Shown here piece after piece: positions 41,052 to 50,819 of a stretch of 64,000 bases of DNA. How positions within the stretch are numbered: position 1 is the first letter of the stretch; every line of letters starts with the position of its first letter. The DNA lies in assembly GCA_023703535.1 (NCBI GenBank), contig CP097967.1, forward strand, positions 796,156 to 860,155, written 5' to 3'. The position numbers were made by a program, and so were the translations under genes. The notes under the pieces are model-generated. The model was given only the letters and a program-made list of their open reading frames with translations, was not told the origin of the DNA and did no database searches. This stretch comes from SAR86 cluster bacterium (GTDB lineage: Bacteria > Pseudomonadota > Gammaproteobacteria > Magnimaribacterales > TMED112).

Positions 41052-41815
41052 AAAAAAGAATTATATTTACTCTACATTATGATAAGGGCTTCTTTAACTT
41101 AAGTAGAAATTTCAGACTACAAAAGATTGGTGACCTCAATTGGTTATTAAAAAACTACAATTTCTTAAAAATTGCCGAGTCAATAGATGAATTAATCATA
41201 ATTGATGTTTCTAGAGATAATAGAGAGCACGATAAATTTTTGGAGAATGTATCAGAAATTACTAAAAATATTTTTGTTCCAGTATGTTTAGGGGGAGGCA
41301 TAAGAACACTTGAATATGCCAAGAAACTTTTTGAGTCTGGTGCAGATAAAATTAACTTAAATACCTCACTGTTTCATGACCCATCTTTAGTTGATGAAAT
41401 AAGTAAAACTTATGGAGCCCAAGCAATAATTGGACATATTGATTTTAGAAAAAAAGAGAATGATTACTATGTTTATACGAACAATGGAGCTAAAGAATTT
41501 TCAAAAATAGATATAGCTTTTATGGAAAAAATTCTTGAACTTAATTTTGGAGAGCTCCTTCTTCATTCTATGGACAAAGATGGTACTGGGATGAATTTTG
41601 ATTATGAAATTATGAAACATCTTCCCCAAAATAATAAAAAACCATTAATATTTAGCGGTGGTGCTGGGAACTATCACCACCTCAAAGAGGGTCTAGCACA
41701 TAAAGACATAGATGCAGTATCAACAGCAAATTTATTAAATTTTGTTGGAGATGGTTTAATAAATGCAAGAAAAATAATGTTAGATGAAAAATATCCTCTA
41801 GCTAAATGGGAATAA
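41045..41815 (+). CDS. hisF: HisF-like cyclase paralogue (WbuZ-like)
   Basis: KKRII, DELI, VCLGGGI, GADKI, MDKDGT, SGGAG; follows wbuX-hisH. Confidence 0.88.
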   Translation: MLKKRIIFTLHYDKGFFNLSRNFRLQKIGDLNWLLKNYNFLKIAESIDELIIIDVSRDNREHDKFLENVSEITKNIFVPVCLGGGIRTLEYAKKLFESGADKINLNTSLFHDPSLVDEISKTYGAQAIIGHIDFRKKENDYYVYTNNGAKEFSKIDIAFMEKILELNFGELLLHSMDKDGTGMNFDYEIMKHLPQNNKKPLIFSGGAGNYHHLKEGLAHKDIDAVSTANLLNFVGDGLINARKIMLDEKYPLAKWE

Positions 41816-43165
41816 ATGAAAAGAGTACTATTTATTGTTGATCACAAACATAGAGATCTCGCTGCTTCAGCTCTTATAGGATTTTATCTTAAAAAAGATG
41901 GTTATGAAGTCGCATATTGTGCACCATGGCACGAAGATAAAATTGTTAAAGAATTCTCTCCAAACATAATAGTTTTACCAAAACCGATATATAAAAATCA
42001 TATTTTCGCTAGTTGGAAAATTAATGATATTAAGGTAGCTGTCAACGATGTAGAGGGAAATTTACAACAGAAAGAGTTCGGATTTTTAAAGCCAAAAATT
42101 TTTCCAGATCAATATTTTTACTGGAACGAAATTTTTTATGAAAGGCAAGGAGAATTCTTTGAAAAAGAACAAAATGGGTTTACTGGTAAAGCTCCAGAAA
42201 GAATACTTATAGGTTGTCCAAGGATTGATTTTTTACACCCAAAGTTTGATTCAGTTAATAAAACCAAGAAAGAGCTATTAAATGAATTCATAATACCTTC
42301 AGATAAAAAAATTATCACAATAGCAACTGCTGGTTCAAGTGCTGATTTATCAGATGAAGACCTTCATAAAGTTCAAGAGAATGTAAATACGAGAAATTCA
42401 AACCCTCCTGACGTCTTTCTTGAGGCCTCAATATACAGAGAGTTAAGAGAAATGACAGTAAAAATTATCGAAGAAGTTGCTGCAAATTTTCCACAATATC
42501 ATGTTGTTTTAAAGCCACATCCTAATGAAGTTCCAAAATTTTGGGTCGAACTTGTTGAAGAAAAGAATCTCAAAAATATCACTATAATGAAATCAGGAAC
42601 AATAAATGATTTATTGAACTTGGCTGATATACATATGGCTCATAACGTATGCACATCAACTTTTGAAGCAATGATTAAAAGAGTTCCATCAATAGAAATG
42701 CAAACTGAAAGAAGTAAGATCTTGTTTTCTGAGAAAGATTTAAAATTACCATTATTTCCAGTGAAAAATGCTGATGAAGCACTCAGATCTATAATTAAGA
42801 TCGAAGATGATAGAAATAAATGTACTGATAAAGGCTTTTTGTTGGCTAATGAATTTTGTGAAAAATGGTACGGAAAGTTTGATGGGAAAAGATGCTTGGA
42901 ATATGCTGAAAATATCAAAAAGCTAAGCAATAAAAAGATTTTGCTTTCAAAACTATCGAAGACCAAGATGTATTTTAGATTTATTATTGGAAACGAAATT
43001 TCAAAGCTGATAGGGAAATTTCAAAGACTAAGCATGAAAAAGATTTTAGAAAAGGTTAAGGGGATTAAACAAAAGGATTGGACTGATGAAAGGCATGATA
43101 AAACTATACAACCTGGTGATGAAAAATTTTGGTTTGAGAAATTTGAAAAAATAATAAATGAGTGA
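41816..43165 (+). CDS. Surface carbohydrate biosynthesis protein, probable GT-B fold
   Basis: IVDHKHRD start, GCPRIDF, LKPHPNE motif; context. Confidence 0.6.
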   Translation: MKRVLFIVDHKHRDLAASALIGFYLKKDGYEVAYCAPWHEDKIVKEFSPNIIVLPKPIYKNHIFASWKINDIKVAVNDVEGNLQQKEFGFLKPKIFPDQYFYWNEIFYERQGEFFEKEQNGFTGKAPERILIGCPRIDFLHPKFDSVNKTKKELLNEFIIPSDKKIITIATAGSSADLSDEDLHKVQENVNTRNSNPPDVFLEASIYRELREMTVKIIEEVAANFPQYHVVLKPHPNEVPKFWVELVEEKNLKNITIMKSGTINDLLNLADIHMAHNVCTSTFEAMIKRVPSIEMQTERSKILFSEKDLKLPLFPVKNADEALRSIIKIEDDRNKCTDKGFLLANEFCEKWYGKFDGKRCLEYAENIKKLSNKKILLSKLSKTKMYFRFIIGNEISKLIGKFQRLSMKKILEKVKGIKQKDWTDERHDKTIQPGDEKFWFEKFEKIINE

Positions 43166-44108
43166 ACTTCATAGAAAAAATACATATCAAAATAAAACTA
43201 TATTTATTGATGGTATGTGGAGATGTGGAAAATCGTTGCTTACTCCTCTTGTAGGTGCTCTAGATAATGTAGATAAAGTAAAATTTGACTACCACTCTGA
43301 ATGGGTATCTGTTCTGCATTTTCTTGGGAAGGTGGATTTAAATACAACAAAAATTCTTCTAAATATGTATTCAGATCTTACAACTTATAATAATTTTCTT
43401 GGTAGAGAGATTAATATCAGACCAAAAGATGACTCTGGGATTTTTAAAAATCCAAAATCACTCAACTATTTATTAAGAATATTTAAAGATGATACCTCTG
43501 ATATATCAAAAGAAATTGAAATTAAAAAACCTATACAGCTTATTAATACTCATAATGTCTTTCAAATTAGTGAGCCACTAGTAGAAAGTTTTAATGAAAG
43601 GCTCCTTTTTCTAAGGTGTGTAAGAAATCCTGTTTATAATATCCTCGATTGGGCTGAATACTTCGAAAAAGTAGGCGAGGATCCAAGAGAAATGAATTTT
43701 TATTTGAGTAAGAAACAGATTCCATGGTTTGTTTCTCAAGATAATCAAGATTTATTTGCCAGCGTCTCTTTAATAGAAAAGGCTGCAATTATGTATATTG
43801 AACTTGAGTCACTCTCAGAAAAAATTGAGAGCAAAAAAATCTTTAATGAGAAAAATTTACTTGTAATTCCCTTTGAAAAATTAACTAAAGATCCAAACTT
43901 TTTTATGTCTGAAATTTGCAAAAGACTAGATATTGCAAATGACAAAAGTTACCAAAAACTTTATAAAAAATTAAAACTACCAAGACCTTCTAACTCAATT
44001 GATGAAAATAAAGCTCTTAAAGATAAGATAATTCAAAAAATTGAAAATCACTCTATAAAAAATAATTTAGAGAACCTTATTAGTATTTATGAATCAAAAT
44101 ATTCATAA
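43158..44108 (+). CDS. Sulfotransferase-like protein
   Basis: DGMWRCGKSLL (5'-PSB-like loop) and VRNP (3'-PB-like). Confidence 0.65.
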   Translation: MSELHRKNTYQNKTIFIDGMWRCGKSLLTPLVGALDNVDKVKFDYHSEWVSVLHFLGKVDLNTTKILLNMYSDLTTYNNFLGREINIRPKDDSGIFKNPKSLNYLLRIFKDDTSDISKEIEIKKPIQLINTHNVFQISEPLVESFNERLLFLRCVRNPVYNILDWAEYFEKVGEDPREMNFYLSKKQIPWFVSQDNQDLFASVSLIEKAAIMYIELESLSEKIESKKIFNEKNLLVIPFEKLTKDPNFFMSEICKRLDIANDKSYQKLYKKLKLPRPSNSIDENKALKDKIIQKIENHSIKNNLENLISIYESKYS

Positions 44109-44742
44109 GTTTGATACCTTAGAAACCTGGCAGCATGCTATTTGCAAACATCTTAGTCGTTTTAGCTCAGATGCTAATCTAATAGTTCCTGGAGGTTCAA
44201 CGCCTATTTTTTTATTTAAAAAATTTTTTAATGAAAAAAGATTTAACCAATTGATTTTAAGCGACGAAAGAATTACGAGTGATAAGGAGAGAAGTAATTT
44301 TCTTACAATATCTTCTTTAACAAATTCCAATATTTTTAAGTTATGTGATTTTCCAATTAGTAACCATAAAAATATTTCATTAAACAAGATCTCCGATGCT
44401 TTGAATAAGATCAAACATCCTGATATTGCTTTACTTGGATTGGGTGATGATGGTCACTATGCATCAATATTTCCCTCAACCGAAGTTATTGAAAATGATG
44501 AAAGTAATAATTTGAAAATAATTTCTACAAAAATTGGTGGTAGTTTTGAATATAGAATTACACTTTCAGAAAAATATATTAAGAGGACTAATGAGATTCT
44601 TTTTATAGCTAAAGGTAAGAATAAATATGATCTTATAAATAAAATTGAAAACAAATCTGAAGAGGTTACTAATTTACCAATCGGCAAGCTTATAAATAGT
44701 TATAATGGGAAACTTAATATAATGTATTGTGTAAATGACTAG
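44089..44742 (+). CDS. 6-phosphogluconolactonase-family protein
   Basis: PGGSTP, SDER, LGLGDDGHYASIFP, RIT. Confidence 0.85.
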   Translation: MNQNIHKFDTLETWQHAICKHLSRFSSDANLIVPGGSTPIFLFKKFFNEKRFNQLILSDERITSDKERSNFLTISSLTNSNIFKLCDFPISNHKNISLNKISDALNKIKHPDIALLGLGDDGHYASIFPSTEVIENDESNNLKIISTKIGGSFEYRITLSEKYIKRTNEILFIAKGKNKYDLINKIENKSEEVTNLPIGKLINSYNGKLNIMYCVND

Positions 44743-45661
44743 ATTGAAAGTTCATATAACTACCCTTCCATTTAATAAAGACAACTTGGCTTTTCTCGAA
44801 AAATCATTTGATGTGACAATAAATCCTCTTGGAAGAAAAATTAAGAATGAAGAAGTTTATGAACAAGTTAACAAAGCAGATTATGTTATTGCTGGAACTG
44901 AAAAATATGATCAAGAATTACTAAGCAAGCTAGTAAATTTGAAAGGTATATCAAGAGTTGGCATTGGAATAGATAATATCGATTTAGATATTGCAGCAAA
45001 AAATAATATAAAAATTTTTAATACTCCTGAAGAGCCAGCAATAGGAGTTGCTGAACTTACACTAACATTTATATTAAATTTGTTGAGGGAAATTTCTTCG
45101 CATCAACATAATTTAAATCAAGGCAATTGGAAGAGAACATTAGGTAAATCCCTTAATGAAGCAACTATCTCATTAATTGGAGGTGGAAGAGTTGCAAAAA
45201 ATGTTAGTAAATTTTTACTATCTGCAGGAGTCAAAAAAATAAAAGTTTTTGACATACTTGATTTAAGTACTGACCCAGACTGGAGACATGAAAGTATATC
45301 TATTTGTGGATTTGAAGAGTGTCTTAGCAATTCTGATATTGTTTCCCTGCATGTGCCTATGAATGAGGAAAATAAAAATATGATTTCTAAAAAAGAACTC
45401 TTAGTTATGGGTAAAAACTCATATTTGATAAATGTTAGTAGAGGTGGATTGGTTAACGAGGAAGATTTATACGAAGCTTTAAATTCCAATCTTATTAAAG
45501 GTGCAGCTTTAGACGTATTTGCAACTGAACCTTATGAGGGAAAGCTTTTAGAATGTAAAAATCTAATTGCAACACCACATGTAGCATCATCAACAGAATA
45601 TGTTCGAGACCAAATGGAACGAAGGGCTTGCGAAAATTTAATCAATTTATTGGATGAGTGA
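44735..45661 (+). CDS. D-2-hydroxyacid dehydrogenase (phosphoglycerate dehydrogenase-like)
   Basis: RVGIGIDNID, LHVP, NVSRGGLV, LDVF..EP, TPHVAS. Confidence 0.9.
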   Translation: MTRLKVHITTLPFNKDNLAFLEKSFDVTINPLGRKIKNEEVYEQVNKADYVIAGTEKYDQELLSKLVNLKGISRVGIGIDNIDLDIAAKNNIKIFNTPEEPAIGVAELTLTFILNLLREISSHQHNLNQGNWKRTLGKSLNEATISLIGGGRVAKNVSKFLLSAGVKKIKVFDILDLSTDPDWRHESISICGFEECLSNSDIVSLHVPMNEENKNMISKKELLVMGKNSYLINVSRGGLVNEEDLYEALNSNLIKGAALDVFATEPYEGKLLECKNLIATPHVASSTEYVRDQMERRACENLINLLDE

Positions 45662-46286
45662 TATTAAAGAATTAATTTTTAGTTCAAAAATCATCTTTTG
45701 GGACTTTGATGGAGTAATTAAAAAATCAAATCAAGTAAAAAACGACGCTTTCTTCAATTTATTTGAAGATATTAAAAAAGAGCAAAAAGAGTATATTCTC
45801 AGCCATCATATTAACAATCAGGGGTTATCAAGATTTAAAAAAATTCCTTATTACATGGAGTATTTAGGTATAGAGATAAAAGAAAGTAATGTTCAAGCAT
45901 ATCTTAATAGATTTTCGGAATTAGTATTCGATGGTGTGATCAATTCAGATTGGGTTGAGGGGGTGCTTGAAATATTGAGTGAGTTAGATAAATCGATATT
46001 GATTACTGCTACACCACAGGATGAAATTGAAAGAATTATTGAAAAAATTGAAATAGGGAAATTCTTCAAAAAAGTTTATGGCTCACCAAAAACAAAAATT
46101 GAGTGTGTTGAAGATTTTATCGAATCAAAAGATATAAATTTAAATAGCTGCCTATTCATTGGTGATTCAAAATCAGATCTTCAATGTGCTAATCACTTTG
46201 ATATGAAGTTTCTTTTTATCAAGAATGAATACAATAAACACGTGATTGTTGATGAGGATATTCCTCAAGTAGAGAATTTTTTATAG
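45654..46286 (+). CDS. HAD-superfamily phosphatase
   Basis: WDFDGV motif I, ITAT, GSP.K, FIGDSKSD. Confidence 0.88.
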   Translation: MSDIKELIFSSKIIFWDFDGVIKKSNQVKNDAFFNLFEDIKKEQKEYILSHHINNQGLSRFKKIPYYMEYLGIEIKESNVQAYLNRFSELVFDGVINSDWVEGVLEILSELDKSILITATPQDEIERIIEKIEIGKFFKKVYGSPKTKIECVEDFIESKDINLNSCLFIGDSKSDLQCANHFDMKFLFIKNEYNKHVIVDEDIPQVENFL

Positions 46287-46308
46287 CTTAGGTATATTAC
46301 AACTGGAG

Positions 46309-46314
46309 TATAAT
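46309..46314 (+). promoter_or_regulatory. Internal -10 box (TATAAT) upstream of the kdsB-like gene
   Basis: Perfect TATAAT 11 nt before ATG 46326, in the only sizeable gap of this operon. Confidence 0.35.
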
Positions 46315-46325
46315 GTTCAGAATTT

Positions 46326-47075
46326 ATGAATAATACAATCTGCATAATACCGGCTAGGATGGGCTCTTCAAGATTCCCTGGGAAAGCTTTAGAAAAGATT
46401 TGTGATATTGAAATGCTTCATCATTGCTTTATAAGGGCAAAGTTAGCAGAATGCTTTTCCGATATCTACATAGCTACTCCAGATCAGGAAATTCATGATT
46501 TTAGTAAATCTATTGGTTGCAAATCTATAGATACTAAAGATACTCATACAAGATGTACCGAAAGAATAGCTGAAGCAATTACAAAAATTGATGATTCTTT
46601 TGAAAATGTTGTACTTTATCAAGGAGATGAGCCTTTATTTTCTCCTGAAATTTTGAAAATGCTTGCAAATTACATTTCGAATAATGCTGACAGAACAGTT
46701 ACTCTTATGGATGAGATCTCAGAAGAACAAGCCGAAGATTTAAATAATCCAAAAGTAGTAGTTGATCTAAATAATTATGCTGCATTCTTTTCTAGAGCTG
46801 CAATACCAGGATCTCTTAAAGGTCATAGTGAAAAGTTCTTTAAACATATAGGAGTTGTAGCTTTTAAGAAGTCTCTTCTTTATGAATATGCCAATATGGC
46901 TGAGGGTCCTTTAGAACGTGCAGAAAGTATCGATATGTTAAGATTCACTGAACATAGTGTTCCAATTAAAATGCTTTTATGTGAATCTAAAACAATAGGT
47001 GTTGATACGCCTAAAGATTTGGAAGATGTAGAAAAGCTTATGGTCAATGATAGTTATTATTTAAGGTATAAATAA
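46326..47075 (+). CDS. kdsB: CMP-Kdo synthetase-family cytidylyltransferase
   Basis: IIPARMGSSRFPGKAL, QGDEP, LERAESIDMLR, GVDTPKD. Confidence 0.88.
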   Translation: MNNTICIIPARMGSSRFPGKALEKICDIEMLHHCFIRAKLAECFSDIYIATPDQEIHDFSKSIGCKSIDTKDTHTRCTERIAEAITKIDDSFENVVLYQGDEPLFSPEILKMLANYISNNADRTVTLMDEISEEQAEDLNNPKVVVDLNNYAAFFSRAAIPGSLKGHSEKFFKHIGVVAFKKSLLYEYANMAEGPLERAESIDMLRFTEHSVPIKMLLCESKTIGVDTPKDLEDVEKLMVNDSYYLRYK

Positions 47076-47076
47076 A

Positions 47077-47955
47077 ATGGCAAAAAAGGTATTAGTTGTA
47101 GGTGGCTCAGGTTTCTTAGGAAGCCATGTTGCAGATGAACTTACTGAGAAAGGTTATGAAGTAACTATATTCGATCAGAAAAAATCAACTTGGATAAATG
47201 ACAATCAGAAATTTATAGAAAGCGACTTACTTGACAGAGAACATGTAATTAAAAGTCTAGAAGGATTTAACTTTGTCATTCATTTTGCTGGTATCGCAGA
47301 TATTGGAGAGTCAAAAGAAAAACCGCTTGAAACTATCGAAACAAATATTATTGGGACAGCAAATCTTCTTGAAGGATGTAGAAAAAATAAAATTGAAAAA
47401 TTTATTTTTGCTTCATCTGTCTATGTATTCAGCAAATATGGTTCCTTTTATGGAAAATCAAAACAGGCCTGTGAATTACTGATTGAGGAGTATCAAAATG
47501 AGTTTAACCTCGACTATATTCATGTTAGGTATGGCTCTTTATATGGTCCTAGAGCGCAAGAATGGAACGGTTTAAAAAAATACATATCAGAAATTATAAA
47601 AAATAAACAAATAGATTTTTCAGGAAATGGTGAGGAAAAGAGAGAGTACATTCATGTTAAAGATGCTGCAATTATGACGGCAAGTCTTTTAGAGAGCGAT
47701 GAAAAAAATATTGCTGTGAATATTACAGGCCATCAAGTAATAAGCACCTTGGATTTATTTAAATTAATCTTTGAGGTACTGCAACTTGAAGAAAAGATTA
47801 ATTTATCAAAAGAATCAAATGTTGTTTCTCATTACAAAATTAGCCCATATAGCTTTCAACCTAAAGAATCAAAGAAACTTGTTCCTAAAAAATTTATAGA
47901 TATTGGCCAAGGAGTATTAGAAATAATTCACGAAATAGAGGATTCTAAGAATTAG
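47077..47955 (+). CDS. NAD-dependent epimerase/dehydratase
   Basis: GGSGFLG, HFAG, ASSVY, YGKSK, RYGSLYGP. Confidence 0.88.
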   Translation: MAKKVLVVGGSGFLGSHVADELTEKGYEVTIFDQKKSTWINDNQKFIESDLLDREHVIKSLEGFNFVIHFAGIADIGESKEKPLETIETNIIGTANLLEGCRKNKIEKFIFASSVYVFSKYGSFYGKSKQACELLIEEYQNEFNLDYIHVRYGSLYGPRAQEWNGLKKYISEIIKNKQIDFSGNGEEKREYIHVKDAAIMTASLLESDEKNIAVNITGHQVISTLDLFKLIFEVLQLEEKINLSKESNVVSHYKISPYSFQPKESKKLVPKKFIDIGQGVLEIIHEIEDSKN

Positions 47956-48409
47956 ATTCTCTTAATTCCAAAACATAATCACTACAAACACCAAAAATTT
48001 CTTTATCTAATTTTATTTTTGAAACTTCCATATCCCATTCAGGCATCACCAAAATCGAGTTTTTCAGAAGTTTTTTTCCAGGATAAACCCATACAAAATT
48101 CTTAGAAGTTAGGGTGTAGTCATCTTCTTGATGCCAGAAATAATTTGCATCTTGAAATAAGTTGATATGGTTTAGCGCCTCTAAATCTTTGCAATGAATC
48201 CAAAACCTATCAATGCTATCAAGTAAAAAGTCTTTTGATATTGGATATTGATTATAATCGTGTCCCAAGAAAAGGTTATTACTCTCATCACATCTTAGAT
48301 CAATTTCAACATCGAAACCTTTTTCTAAAGCCTCACAGATTTGATCAGGATTATTTTCTTTATCTTTGTCAGGTCCTTGAAATAGACCCCGATGAGCTAT
48401 GAATTTCAA
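47945..48409 (-). CDS. PLC-like/glycerophosphodiester phosphodiesterase-like small protein
   Basis: IAHRG, EN, GFDVEIDL, LGHD, WIHCK, GVCSD. Confidence 0.75.
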   Translation of the reverse strand: MKFIAHRGLFQGPDKDKENNPDQICEALEKGFDVEIDLRCDESNNLFLGHDYNQYPISKDFLLDSIDRFWIHCKDLEALNHINLFQDANYFWHQEDDYTLTSKNFVWVYPGKKLLKNSILVMPEWDMEVSKIKLDKEIFGVCSDYVLELRESNS

Positions 48410-49776
48410 TTTTTAAAGTGATTATGATAAAAATCTAAATCTTCAGGTGTACCTAAGCCCCACATTTCTTCAACATCATAAATTTTTATCTTTTTCTTAT
48501 CTTCAATAGCTTGATTAAAGACAGGGCAAACATAGAATTCGTTATTTACACGTATGTCTTTTTGTATCATATCTTCAGCATATTTCACATAATCAGATCC
48601 TTTGCTCCAATAATAGACCCCAACAGTTGCATCTTCAGAAATCACTTGCTTTTCTGCAACTTCAGTTACAAATCCATCGTCACCTGATTTTGCATAAGAC
48701 CATTTTGGATGAGTTGCCTTAAAGGTTAAGATTCCTCCGTCTACTTTGCTTTCAGACATGTTGTACATGGTGTTTGAAGCATTCCATTTAATGTATTGAT
48801 CAGAATTAGCTATAACTAATGGATTGTCATTGTTTATAAATTCTTTAGCTAATAGTGTTGTGCAAGCTGCACCCTCAGTAACTCCGCTTATTTCAATTAC
48901 CTCACAATTAGGTCTTATGGCTTTCAAAAATGATTTCATATTATATTTTTCATTATGTTCTTTCTGAATAATGAATATGAATCTACCCTCTATAGCTAAC
49001 GACTCAACAACAACCTGTATCATTGGTTTGCCAAAAACTTCTATTAACGGTTTAGGAAACGTATATCCTGCTTGTGCAAACCTTGAGCCTGCTCCAGCGC
49101 ATGGAATAAGAACATTTATATTAGGATCAGTCCAAATTTGGTTCATGCTGCTATTATCAAACTTTTTAAGATAATTTGGTAGATTCTTCTCGACGAGATC
49201 TCTAGGATTTTTAACGGCAAATAGATTAGCTCCAGAATCTAGCGCTCCTTTTCTTCCAACAAAGGAATCCTCTATTATTACTGTTTGTTTGGGTGTAACT
49301 CCTGCTTTTAGCATGCACTGCCAATACATCTCAGGATAAGGTTTAGGAAATTTTACATCATCATTACTCACAAAATAGTCAACATCATTTATTACATCAA
49401 TTTTCTGGAGCATTTTTTCTACTGTTGATCGAATGCTATTACTTGCGACCATTACCATATAATCCTTCGAAACTTCTTTAACGAGCTCTGTAATACCCTC
49501 AATTCTAATATCAATCTCATCAAGTACTTCAATGGTTCTTGTTTGCTTCTCTTCCCATATTTCTTTAAAAAACTTTTTATCTAAACCTTTTTCTTCATTA
49601 AGAATCTCAAGCTTTCTTTTAGTTGGTAGTCCATCATATTTTTCAAGATGCTCCTCGTAAGTGATAGATATATTAAATTTAGCTAATGATTTATTAAGTG
49701 CTTCGAAATGAAGCATTTTAGACTCCATTAGAACGCCATCAAGGTCGAAAATAACTAATATATCTTGGTTTTTCAT
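48406..49776 (-). CDS. HAD phosphatase plus sugar nucleotidyltransferase fusion
   Basis: N-domain FDLDGV...KPYP...IEDS; C-domain IPCAGAGSRF, FPKPLI, TEGAACT, NSDQ, GLGTPED. Confidence 0.88.
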   Translation of the reverse strand: MKNQDILVIFDLDGVLMESKMLHFEALNKSLAKFNISITYEEHLEKYDGLPTKRKLEILNEEKGLDKKFFKEIWEEKQTRTIEVLDEIDIRIEGITELVKEVSKDYMVMVASNSIRSTVEKMLQKIDVINDVDYFVSNDDVKFPKPYPEMYWQCMLKAGVTPKQTVIIEDSFVGRKGALDSGANLFAVKNPRDLVEKNLPNYLKKFDNSSMNQIWTDPNINVLIPCAGAGSRFAQAGYTFPKPLIEVFGKPMIQVVVESLAIEGRFIFIIQKEHNEKYNMKSFLKAIRPNCEVIEISGVTEGAACTTLLAKEFINNDNPLVIANSDQYIKWNASNTMYNMSESKVDGGILTFKATHPKWSYAKSGDDGFVTEVAEKQVISEDATVGVYYWSKGSDYVKYAEDMIQKDIRVNNEFYVCPVFNQAIEDKKKIKIYDVEEMWGLGTPEDLDFYHNHFKN

Positions 49777-49787
49777 AGAATTTGGTA

Positions 49788-49839
49788 ATTATATTGAACT
49801 TTCTGATTAATACAATTTAATTAGAACTTAACATATAAT
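49788..49839. promoter_or_regulatory. Divergent pair of -10 boxes
   Basis: TATAAT on minus (49788-49793) and plus (49834-49839), each 11 nt from its start codon. Confidence 0.4.
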
Positions 49840-49850
49840 ATTCGACTATC

Positions 49851-50819
49851 GTGAAATTTGGTCTAATTATCCAAGGCCCTCTATTATCAATAGGTAGAGG
49901 TGTAAGTTCGTACAAAAAAAAGGCAGAAACGAGCGAAAATGAAATCATTAAACACCAATGTGATGAAACAATAATTTCTAATATTGAAAACTATGGAAAT
50001 TTGTTCGAGAAAATAATTATTTCTACTTGGAAAGATGAAAAGATCTCAAAAAAATTATCAGAATATATAAAGTCTAAAAATAATGTTGAAATCTATCAAT
50101 TTTCCAAAAGTGATGTTCCAGAACTGCCAAAATTAAAAGTGCCATCTTCTTGGAGCAAAGAGATGAGCTCTATTATGAATGTAAACAATAATTTAAATCA
50201 GTACACAGGATGCAAGTTGGGGTTGGTGAAATTAAAGGATGTTGATTTTGTTATAAGAGTAAGGACTGATCAAGAAATTAATATACAAAAATTAAAGGAA
50301 TTTATATTAGAAAACCCAAAAAAGATCGTAGTTCCTGGAATATTTTTTGAAAATTATATATATCAAATTGCGGACTTTTATTTTGGTGGCAGTTATAAAA
50401 ATATTCTTAATTTTTTTGAAGCATGTTCAAAAAATATTTTTGATTTTTCCCCACATATTAATCCGATATCTTGTCTAGCAAATAGTAAATACCTTGATGA
50501 ATTAAATATGAATTCTGAGGTACTTTATTATTCAAAGGAGTCTTTTCAGTACAAAATTATGCAAAATTTCGTAATTAGTAAGGCATTGTTACCAAGTCCC
50601 AGCAGCATTTATCAAAAAATTTCTTGGCGAGGAGAAAAGGCTGGAACAGAGTGGAAAAATCAAAATAAAAACATATATTTCTATGAAAATTTCTCAGATA
50701 TTAAACAATTGGTATTGCCTGAGTCTAATAGAATAATAGATTCAAAACTTTATAGCTCTAAATCAAACTTTTTTACTAAAGTACTAAGAAGATTAATTAA
50801 ATTAGAATTATTCAAATGA
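49851..50819 (+). CDS. WavE-like LPS synthesis protein
   Basis: LIIQGP, IISTW, NNN..Q, RVRTD pattern; GTG start. Confidence 0.65.
   Translation: MKFGLIIQGPLLSIGRGVSSYKKKAETSENEIIKHQCDETIISNIENYGNLFEKIIISTWKDEKISKKLSEYIKSKNNVEIYQFSKSDVPELPKLKVPSSWSKEMSSIMNVNNNLNQYTGCKLGLVKLKDVDFVIRVRTDQEINIQKLKEFILENPKKIVVPGIFFENYIYQIADFYFGGSYKNILNFFEACSKNIFDFSPHINPISCLANSKYLDELNMNSEVLYYSKESFQYKIMQNFVISKALLPSPSSIYQKISWRGEKAGTEWKNQNKNIYFYENFSDIKQLVLPESNRIIDSKLYSSKSNFFTKVLRRLIKLELFK

Noticed and set aside
40434-41815. hisH/hisF as histidine biosynthesis
   Set aside because: They follow a WbuX-like gene in a glycan locus with no other his genes.
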